The position numbers and the translations under genes were made by a program. Positions 54,139 to 64,000 of a stretch of DNA of 64,000 nucleotides are shown here, in pieces. Under the pieces are notes generated by a model. The model saw only the letters and a list, made by a program, of their open reading frames with translations. It made no database searches and was not told the DNA's origin. Location of the stretch: the NCBI GenBank assembly GCA_951406725.2, contig OX597823.1, forward strand, positions 56,420,001-56,484,000, in the 5' to 3' direction. Source of the stretch: Octopus vulgaris (Eukaryota). Position 1 is the stretch's first letter, and each line of letters opens with the position of its first letter.

Positions 54139-54320
54139 TACACATATATGTATATAACTTAAGTAAAGTACTTACATAAACAGGACTAATTTAGCTGTTT
54201 CTCTGTAGATTGGAAAAAAAAATGATCAACAACTTTAATTGATTTTTAGAAATTTATGGAATTCTCATCAGAGGTGTCTGCATCAATTTTGACCAATCCC
54301 AGTGAAACAAGCAGCCGTAT

Positions 54321-54470
<150 letters not shown>

Positions 54471-54570
54471 AAAATATATGAGTTTATCATATACACATGA
54501 TGACACATATTTTTATGCAAGTTTAATAGAATTTTATTGTTTACATGTGTATATTATCATATGTGTGTGC

Positions 54571-54602
<32 letters not shown>

Positions 54603-55597
54603 GTATGTTAGTGTGTATATATGTGTGCTTATATCTGTACACACATTTGTTTATATATACATATGTATATAATGTTTCTATTTATTATTGAGTCATTTTA
54701 TTTATTTGTTTGTTTGTTTACAAGTTGTTCTTTTGTTTGTTTATTGTTTTGTTTTCTTTCAGGACACAGCTGCAAAACAATATGAAAAATTCTACATATA
54801 TACATGTGTGTGTGTGTGTGTGTGTATGTGTGCATGTTTGTATGTACGTCTGTGTGTATATGTTTATGTATGTGCACGTATAGGTGTGTGTCTATATATA
54901 TATACATATATATGTATATATGTATGTATGTATATATAATGTCTGTGTATGTACATTTGTATGTGTATTTGTTTGTCTAAGAAAGTTAAGTGCAACATTG
55001 AAATTAAAAGACCTTCAACATCCATTGCTGTATGATTATAAATTGCTTCTATAAAAAGATAATTTTAAAAATAATAATAATAAAATATAATTAATAAAAA
55101 AATATATATATAAATAAAAAAAGTCTCTTGTTTTGATATCTTCTCCTTTTTTTATTAACAACTTTGAAGTGTGTAAATTCAACTGCTGATAATTTGTGAG
55201 TAAAACATGATACTCATCAACATCATCATCATGAACAACAAGACTGTTGTCATTATTGGCTTGTCTTTTTTTTTCTCAACCCATGCCAGCATGGCAGATA
55301 GACATCAAATAATGACGACAACGACGATTTCCTAACATTTTGCTTCCAATTCAGCACTGATTGAGTGAGTAGCCACAAATGATCAAACATATTCCAATCA
55401 TTACAGTCGATGTCTTTTCTTCCAGCAAAGTGTAACTAGGGCTACATTAATAAATGTGCCATTCTTCTTTTCTTTTAAGACAGCAGGGTGTGAATTGAGG
55501 AGGAGTTGACTATGATTTCTAGCAATCTGAGCAACTGCATTGAAGCTATTGCATGATAAAAGTGATGCAGTTAAAAAGAAAAACTTTCCATACATAC

Positions 55598-55694
55598 ACA
55601 CAGCCAGGCAAGAATTTGGACCTGGAGATCTCCATTTCCAGCGACTTCGAGGGCCACCTCCCAGTGGTGTCGGGTGTCAACGAAGAGCCCTCAA
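55598..55694 (-). CDS. Candidate exon, reading frame unresolved
   Basis: GC-rich, CpG-retaining island in a CpG-poor region, bounded on the minus strand by TTGTCTTGTTGTAG| and |GTATGT. Confidence 0.35.
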
Positions 55695-56486
55695 CTACAA
55701 CAAGACAACCAAAGTTTTTTTTTTTTTTTTTTCCAAGGTCTTGGGTCTCCCGCCCCTAAGCCCTAGACCATCACCTAATCACCCTTACCCATCTTGTTGC
55801 TTAACAACAACAACAACAACAACAACTACATACACACAAATACAAAATGACAATTTCCTCATAGGGAAAAAGAAAATAGCAGCATACATATGGGTAGTTA
55901 ACATTTTCCATTAAGCCACTGATGTGTGTACCTCATCTGTCTTTACATTCTGAGTTCAAATTCCACTGAGGTTGACTTTGCCTTTCATCCTTTTGAGGTT
56001 GATAAATTAAGTACCAGTTGCATACTGGGGTCAATGTAATCGACTGGCCCCCCACTCTCCAAAAATTTCGGGCTTTGTGCCTAGAGTAGAAAAAAAAAAA
56101 AAAAAAAGAAGTGAAGTTTCCTAGTTCAAATCCAGCCTGGCTCAGTGTACATATTCAAGGATTAAGACACCTCATGATGAGAACTGAACCAATCAAAATG
56201 CAGCCATTGTTGTCATCATGTATCATATGCAGCACATTGATGACACTATGATAAAAGTGTTCCCGATTAATTACAAGTTCTCCTATCAGATCAAGCTATA
56301 GTGTTACTTCGTTCTGACTTTCTCATAGTGTTTTCTTGGCAGAGATATTGAGGTGGTGTGTCATTGCCTTCCTCAATCTGATGGCTGTTGGCCCACAAGG
56401 AGCTCATCTAGCCTTCGGACTAGTCTTGTTTTTCAGTCCTGTTGAGTGTCCAGAAACCCTTCTCTCAAGACTAGCTGATTTTGTCC

Positions 56487-57116
56487 CGTTTATACTACAT
56501 TTTGTATAGTCAGATCAGGATCTCATATTGGCTTTCGGTGCAAAATGTACACTTGCTTATATTGCTAGAGGGAAAGATAAATCCCCACCACCTCCAGATT
56601 TCAGCCTCCCTTGGCTTTGTCAATGATGGATGCTCAAAAACTAGAGATAGCAGCAACTTATTTCTCTGCCAGTAACATATAGAATAACAGTGCACAAAAG
56701 GCGCTGGCATCACAATTAACCACTGACTATGGAACAGGCAGTACTTGTTCACATGGCACCAGTAGCAGGTCTTTTCAGCCTGTGATGAGATCCTGATCTG
56801 ACTATACAAAATGTAATATAAACGCGAAAACTCTAAATATCAGGCACAGGTAACCTTTTCCAAGAAGCACACAGGGATTTATCTCCCCTCTAGTGATATA
56901 AATGAGTGCATTTTGCATCAAAGGCCAATATCAGTTTTTCTCATGGTAACTACCATAGTGTAGTTTGTTCTTACAGAACATCCATGTTTAAGTGGGGATA
57001 AATATTACCGCTTGGTATTAATACTACCTCTCATGCTAATATATATTATTTCACAAGCACAGTGGTCAATTATGATGCCAGCACCTTTTTTGCACTGATA
57101 TTCTATATGTTACTGG
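56487..57116. repeat. Interleaved inverted repeats A-B-C...A'-B'-C'
   Basis: A 56487-56526 / A' 56785-56824; B 56525-56585 / B' 56874-56931; C 56669-56725 / C' 57060-57116. Confidence 0.9.
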
Positions 57117-58325
57117 TAGGGTAATGAAGCAGCTGAAAATGGGGTTTTAGTAGCTTCTATGATACATAAGATATTCCAGCTATCCAGATTACTAAAAACA
57201 CTCTGTAAAACTGACAATTCGTCTTTTGTTGAAGTCTTAAATCCATCTGACCTTAGGGATTATAATCAAAGAGTTGGAGTAATAAAGATGGTTTCAAATT
57301 TGAGTACAGGACCAGTAATTTTAGGAGAAGTGGTACGCCAATATCGTTGACCCCAGTGCTTGACTGGTACTTATTTTATCATTCCAAAATGATGAAAGAC
57401 AAAGTTGACCTTGGCAGCATTTGAACTCAGAATGTAAAGCCAGAAGAAATGCTGCTAAGCATTTTAACTGGAGCAGTAAAAATTCTGCCAGCTTGCCGCC
57501 TTAGTTGACGTCATAATAATGCTTCCAAATTTTGGCTCAAGGCCAGCAATTTTTGGGGGAATGGGCTAAATCAATTACAATAACCCATGTGCTCAATTGG
57601 TGCCTATTTTATTGATCCTGAAATGAAGAAAAGCAAAGTTGATCATGGCAGAATTTGAACTCAGAGTGCAAGGATGGATGAAATGCCACTAAGCATTTTG
57701 CCCAGCATGCTAATGATTCTGCCAGTTTGCTGTCTTAGTTGAAGACATAATAAAAAAAAAACACACAAAAAAAAAATGATGATCAAGAAAGTGGTTTCAC
57801 TAGAAAGGATCAGAAACTGTGAGCAGACTGTCTATTCTTCTGAGATTCCGTGAAATGTACTACACTTATAACCATTGAGCTTGTTGGTATTTAAGGTTTT
57901 CAATTTATTAGCATTTCCATTTGTATGCTTTGTACATAGAACTTCACTTAAGCTATGACACAATGTGAGAACTGAAAACCTCAGAAGAGGAAACCAGCCT
58001 TGTTGATGTAGGTTTTATTTTCCATTCTTTATACTTGAGCATTTAAGATGGCAATTGGAAATGCACTGTTGATTTTATTTAAGACTAAGCATTAAGAAGT
58101 GCTTACACTAGAAAGCTTCACATTAGAGGCTCTGCAAAGGCTAAGGCTACTGGCCTTCCTTCTGTTACCAAACCATTAAAATTACATCTTTATAAGCACA
58201 GGCATGGCTATGTGGTAAGAAGTTTGCTTCCCAACCACATAGTTTTTAAGTGTTTTCCACTATAGCCTTGGGCTAACCAAAGCCTTGTGAGAATATTTGG
58301 TAGACAGAAGCTGAAAGAAACCCAG

Positions 58326-58391
<66 letters not shown>

Positions 58392-58536
58392 TTTATATGT
58401 AGGAGTGGCTGTGTGATAAGTAGCTTAACAAATGCGCAACTGGTAAAAAGAACTTTCACCTAATTAAATTACTTAATTTATTTTGTCAGCATTTTCTTCA
58501 TTTCCTTTATATCACAACTCGTGTTCCACATCTCCT

Positions 58537-58608
<72 letters not shown>

Positions 58609-58609
<1 letters not shown>

Positions 58610-58985
58610 GGAGTGGCTGTGTGGTAAGTAGCTTGCTAACCAACCACATGGTTCCGGGTTCAGTCCCACTGCGTGGCATCTTGGGCAAGTGTCTTCTGCT
58701 ATAGCCCCGGGCTGACCAATGCCTTGTGAGTGGATTTGGTAGAGGGAAACTGAAAGAAGCCTGTTGTATATATATGTATATATATATGTGTGTGTTTGTC
58801 CCCCTAGCATTGCTTGACAACCAATGCTGGTGTGTTTACGTCCCCGTCACTTAGCGGTTCGGCAAAAGAGACTGATAGAATAAGTCCTGGGCTTACAAAG
58901 AATAAGTCCCAGGGTCGATTTGCTCGACTAAAGGCGGTGCTCCAGCATGGCCACAGTCAAAATGACTGAAACAAGTAAAAGAGTA
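58609..58985 (+). mobile_element. Family-A SINE, same young subfamily
   Basis: Shares diagnostic CATCTTGGG, CTGCTATAGCCCCGGG, CCAATGCC and CCTAGCATTGC with the 50182 and 59872 copies. Confidence 0.85.
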
Positions 58986-59537
58986 ATATATATATGGATG
59001 TATGTATGTACGTATGTATGTGTATGTGAGTGTGTTTGTGTATGTGTATGCAAGTGTGTGTGCATCTTTTTGTCTGTGTTTATTTTCTCCACCCTTCATT
59101 GCTAGACAACCAGCATTGGTGTGTTTACATTTTGGTAACTTAGCAGTTTGGCAAAAGAGGCCGATAGAATAAGTACAAGCTTCAAAAAATAGTACTGGGG
59201 TCGATTTGTTCGACTAAAATTCTTCACAGCAGTGTACCAGTATGGCTGCAGTCCAATGACTTACACAAGTAAAAGATGAAAGATAAAAAAATGATTTTTT
59301 TTTGTTTTTCTCATTGAAATTTATGCCACTGGGCACTCTGGATTATTTCTCTACATTCATTTTTGTTTTAATTATGTAAATTACTCAAGACCATGTTTTC
59401 TACTATTTTTATAAATGTCTAAGTCCTTTGGCTGCTGCAGTCAAGGTGGGGCAACTGTTGTGTTCATGATGCTCTTTGAAGCAGAAATATTCGTTCAGTC
59501 CTGTAATTTAGTCATAGCCAAGAAAAATAAAACACCT

Positions 59538-59766
59538 ATTTCTTTACTACCCACAAGGGGCTAAACAAAGAGAGGACAAACAAGGACAGACAAACGGGTT
59601 AAGTCAATTACATCGCCAACCCCCAACCCCACCCCCAGTGCGTAACTGGTACTTAATTTATCGACCTCGATAGGATGAAAAGCAAAGTCGACCTCGGCGG
59701 AATTTGAACTCAGAACGTAAAGGCAGACGAAATACGGCTACGCATTTCGCCCGGTGTGCTAACGTT
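59538..59766 (-). mobile_element. Family-B SINE, 5' truncated, with 12-bp TSD
   Basis: TSD AATAAAACACCT at 59526-59537 and 59767-59778. Confidence 0.88.
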
Positions 59767-59871
59767 AATAAAACACCTTATGACAAACAGTGATCAAAGT
59801 GATATACTGTGACATGTAAACACTAAAACATTAGTAATCTCAAAAGAAGAGATTTTAAGTAATAATACACA

Positions 59872-60047
59872 TAGGCGCAGGAGTGGCTGTGTGGTAAGTA
59901 GCTTGCTAACCAACCACATGGTTCCGGGTTCAGTCCCACTGCGTGGCATCTTGGGCAAGTGTCTTCTGCTATAGCCCCGGGCCGACCAATGCCTTGTGAG
60001 TGGATTTGGTAGATGGAAACTGAAAGAAGCCTGTCGTATATATGTAC

Positions 60048-60091
<44 letters not shown>

Positions 60092-60311
60092 GTGTGTGTT
60101 TGTGTGTCTGTGTTTGTCCCCCTAGCATTGCTTGACAACCGATGCTGGTGTGTTTACGTCCCCGTTACTTAGCGGTTCGGCAAAAGAGACCGATAGAATA
60201 AGTACTGGGCTTACAAAGAATAAGTCCCGGGGTCGATTTGCTCGACTAAAGGCGATGCTCCAGCATGGCCGCAGTCAAATGACTGAAACAAGTAAAAGAG
60301 TAAAAAAGAGT
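59872..60311 (+). mobile_element. Family-A SINE, full length, young
   Basis: Near identical to 50182-50582; AATACAC repeated on both flanks. Confidence 0.88.
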
Positions 60312-60384
60312 ATTCAATACACCTTCTGTAAGTTTTAACACAATTTCAAAAATTATACCATGTATAAACTGTGGATGCTGGTGC

Positions 60385-60605
60385 CATGTAAAAAGCACTG
60401 GTGTTAGTGTTATGTAAAAAAGCAATGGTGTTAGTGTTATGTAAAAAGCACTGGTGTTAGTGTTATGTAAAAAGCACTGGTGTTAGTGTTATGTAAAAAG
60501 CACTGGTGTTAGTGTTATCTAAAAAGCACTGGTGTTAGTGTTATGTAAAAAGCACTGGTTTTAGTGTTATGTAAAAAAGTAATGGTGTTGGTGCTATGTA
60601 AAAAG
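60385..60605 (+). repeat. ~26-bp minisatellite (about 8 units) inside a family-C repeat
   Basis: Unit ATGTAAAAAGCACTGGTGTTAGTGTT, followed by the family-C AGGAAGGGCATCCAGCTGTAGAAA segment and (GAT)n tail. Confidence 0.9.
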
Positions 60606-61250
60606 CTCCCAGTACATTCTATAAAATGATTGATGTCAGGAAGGGCATCCAGCTGTAGAAATCATGCCAAAATAGACAATGGAACCTGGTGTGGCTACTC
60701 TCAAACCACCGAACCCATGCTAACATGGAAACAGACGTTAAATGATGATGATTTGTTTCAAAAGAAATACAATTTCAAAAGAAACAAATAACGAATAAGG
60801 GGATAAAAATGAGGAAAAGGTACAGTGTGGATTTTAATTTTTTCATTGGTAGTTCACAAGTCTGAGTTGGCTGCTTGAAAAAAAAAACGATTCCCCAAAT
60901 CCTTTCTTTGAGTTTCATATATTTTATTTAACCTGCATCGGTTATATTTACGTAACCCTATATAAATAATTTAATGGAAGAACATTAATGAAACAACGAA
61001 CATAATAGCCAGACAATATTATGAAAATTGCTCGTAGTTACTGAAGATCAAGTTTATAAAAAGAATTAAACTATCGAATATTAAGCAATGTGCGCATTAT
61101 TCGACACTACCATTCAAAGTTGCTACCTTTTGTTGAACATGACATAAGCCTGTCAAGAAACGTGAATGAGAGCGAGAGACCAACTCACTAAACAAAGTGA
61201 CAAGATTTCGTGCATAATGCTGCGTGGCTTTAGTCTGAGGTTGAATTCAC

Positions 61251-61443
61251 CAACTTTTTATAACTGTAAGCCAAATTTCCCAGAACTTTTGTTCGCTCTC
61301 TTTGGCGGGAAAACTCGCACACTTTCTTTGAAGTTTGCCACATCAACCATAACAAGCCAGCCAGTGGTGACTGGACAAGCCATATCCACATGTCTATTAT
61401 GGCAACACACTGTCTGTTTATATGGTTGGTCATGGGCCTGAGC
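61251..61443 (-). CDS. Candidate exon; one frame has a SUEL/Gal_lectin-like C-x8-CP...G..V.V..ANF pattern
   Basis: Acceptor TTTTCTCTCAAATTTTCCTAG|, possible donor TTG|GTGAAT, unique non-repeat sequence with two long open frames. Confidence 0.3.
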
Positions 61444-61759
61444 TAGGAAAATTTGAGAGAAAAGGTTCAAAACTCAGCAGAAGGCTGCCTCACTACAAAG
61501 AGGATGCAAACAAAAGAAAAAAGGGAATAAAAAAATGAGAAGATGTAAATGAAACGAAGAAGAAACACGAAAATAACATTAATAAGGAAAAAATACTCAG
61601 TAAATCATCATAGAAACACATTTACATGATAAGAACGAAGAAATATGACACAGAACCTTTTCATTCAATGAAACAGCATTAAATTTCTGTGATACTTCTG
61701 TACATCCATAAACCGCAAAAGTACATCCAGTCGATTCTATAAAAAGAACGCCTAAACAA

Positions 61760-61808
61760 TACAATTACGCATGCGTCAAGTTTCATTTCGTTTGCTCGAC
61801 ATGGCGTT
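61760..61808. promoter_or_regulatory. Putative, possibly bidirectional, promoter
   Basis: NRF1-like palindrome ACGCATGCGT (~61767-61776) and YY1-like ACATGGCG (~61799-61806), near the start of a CpG-retaining domain. Confidence 0.35.
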
Positions 61809-61857
61809 GTTACTGCAGTTCAGCAATGGGACCCGCAACCTTTTATTTAAGCAGTTG
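61801..61857 (+). CDS. Candidate first coding exon (MALLLQFSNGTRNLLFKQL)
   Basis: GACATGGCG start context, consensus donor TTG|GTAAGG, located in a CpG-retaining region. Confidence 0.35.
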
Positions 61858-63033
61858 GTAAGGAGCATGTAAATTTATTATATTTGTAATTTATTTCTGT
61901 ACCTTCTTTGCTGTGTTCTTTTTCTTTAGTTCTAGCATTGCAACTGCGTACAAAGGTTTTAATTTTTATGAGGAAGGGTGGCATGGTGATTCCAATAACA
62001 TCTTTCGTCTGAGAATCTGGGCATCTTTTACTCGAGTAGCTTCTTGTCAACAAGCACTTGCATATATGTTGATAGATAAATAAATAGAAAGATAGATCGA
62101 TAATTATACAGTAGCCCTTTGTTTTATTTATCTATATATTCTGCAAACATCATCTTGTGGTGCACCTGGACACCTCTTCATTGATGTATTTATTTACGTA
62201 ACCGGACAACGATTAAAAACGTCGACCTTCGTTTGGGTTAAACCCCAGAACATTGCAGGACGCACATACCTTTTAGATATTTACTACATAACCAACGATG
62301 CACTTATTATACCACCATCCTTTCGAGATTAGTTTTTATATTCTCCTATTAAATATAAAATTAAATTTTCGCAACAGAATGGCATCTAGTTGCTATCATG
62401 TTTTCTGAAGGGCATTAGTTACGTAAATGAAATGTTGACTAATAATACTAAGGAATCGAAATCAGCGACTGAGTTTTGTTTAGGAACTTAGCTTGACCTG
62501 TTTGTAACAGGAAATTGTGATATTCAATTTGTTTCTTAAGGGCCATTATCCGTAATTGGAAGTCAACACTGAGTTGCACCATTCATTGTTTTGGTCTACG
62601 TATTATGTATGACCATCGAAATGTAATTCAAATTGATTTCGTTGGTAGTAGAGAAAGAGGTTAATATTAACCGAGAAAGATATATGTGGCATTCATGCCT
62701 TTCCGAAGGGAAGTACTGACATAAACGAAGATAATATGACGATCTTTCATTATGAAGAAAAAATCGCCACTTTCCCTTGGAGTATCCGATTAATTTTGGT
62801 ATTATTTATTATTACACTCGTCTTGTGTAATGAATATAACCTCTGATCCGTGAATTTTCGTAATAGCTAACTACTTCATGGAGAAAGAAAAGGGCAAGGA
62901 ATTTAGGGACGGTTTCCATATGTAAAATAATTGCTTAATGTTTGTTCCCCCCCCCCCATTTTTGCACTTCCGTTCCGTTCCGTGCCCATCTCCGGCGTAA
63001 AAAAAATCTACCAGAAACCGCTATCCATTTTCT

Positions 63034-63179
63034 GCGGAGGTAAAGAATACGCACACCACCCGTTTTCTGCGTAACCCTAACCCGGCGAAAGTAAAGAATA
63101 CGGGTGGTGGTGTACGTATTTTTTTTTACCTCCGTTCCCTAACCCTAAACACCGGGTGGTCATATTCTTTACCTTCGCC
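63034..63179. mobile_element. Second, compound copy of the telomere-loop TIR element
   Basis: GCGGAGGTAAAGAATACGCACACCACCCG...TAACCCTAACCC...ATTCTTTACCTTCGCC; direct flanks CCATTTTCT at 63025-63033 and 63180-63188. Confidence 0.8.
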
Positions 63180-64000
63180 CCATTTTCTTGCATTTCCTCT
63201 TCTCCATGAGGTAGTGGCAACTATTTCGAAGGTCCACCGAGATTACACCCGTCTCACGAAACGGGTGCAATAGCAAAAATGTACCATAATCAACACGTTG
63301 CTAATTCATAAATATCAATATTGATACTTTCCGAGTGTGTAAATGATTTTTTTTTTTTTGCTCGTTCATAAAATTTCTTACATTCATCGATCGTTCTCGC
63401 ACTGTTCGAACATTGCTATTAGCTGTTAGACCAACACCGCCTTGCTTCAAGAGTAAAGGGAGTCTCATCGTGCCTCCCGGCCTGCTAGAAATAGCAGTTA
63501 AATCTTTAACTGGCTCCTTATAGATGTGACGGCGAAGTGCCTTCGGGTTAAGACGAAAGATTGCCGATGTGACTTCAGATAATGCCGGTAAAGGTGACTT
63601 TAGATAAGGACGAGATTGTCATAGCTGGAATGCCTTGTGATTCTGAGGACAAACGGCATTTCTTCTTTGTGTGTATTGATAAAATTACTAGCTTCCACAA
63701 GGCAAACTAACAATATTTATGAATTTACTGCACGTCGGTAACATTTGTGGATTACTCACAAAAAGACAGTATCAATAAAATTATTTATCAAATATATCAG
63801 CTTAGAAAAGTGTGATCAAAAGAATGAGCCCTTAGCTGCCTTGTACGAAATTTGTTTCAGTCTTATCTTGATAACAAATCATTTAGTTTAATACATTATT
63901 CCACCCTTCCTGATAATTCTCTGCATAAGAAAAGGAATTGTTTTCTTTTCGCACCGAACGCAAGTGACATTCCGATGTCTCTGTTATATAAAAACTGTTA

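Noticed and set aside
56487-57116. DIRS element assignment for the interleaved repeats
   Set aside because: The putative ICR halves are in the wrong order and ~60 bp apart, and no tyrosine recombinase or RT remnant is visible.
59794-60338. Recurrent peptides such as RRHLPKMPRSGTEPGTMW and TTDAGVFTSP suggesting a gene family
   Set aside because: Conceptual translations of family-A SINE copies on either strand.
60385-60605. CRISPR-like array of ~26-bp repeats
   Set aside because: Units are contiguous with no unique spacers, there are no cas genes, and the context is a eukaryotic retroposon.

Overview
AT-rich, microsatellite-dense animal genomic DNA. The SINE repertoire and (TA)n/(CA)n/(ATCT)n load look like Octopus (coleoid cephalopod); this is inferred, not verified. 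No intact protein-coding gene is recognisable, and almost all ORF-track entries are microsatellite or SINE noise. The window holds dozens of copies of at least five short interspersed repeat families (labelled A-F here), decayed Penelope-like (PLE) and RTE retroelement fragments, a Tc1/mariner relic, a non-autonomous Helitron and many MITEs or fold-backs. By eye, CpG is depleted at ~1-25 kb and ~45-60.7 kb and retained at ~26-44.5 kb and >61 kb. With the strand skew, this suggests two convergent methylated gene bodies around an unmethylated spacer, plus a promoter near 61.8 kb. A few exon candidates are given at low confidence. The most unusual structure is a set of interleaved inverted repeats (A-B-C...A'-B'-C') at 56.5-57.1 kb. 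Next are a recurring 'hairpin + tail' insertion class linked to PLE ends with hammerhead-like motifs, and a tiny TIR element with a telomere-like loop. Coordinates were read by hand and are approximate to a few bases.
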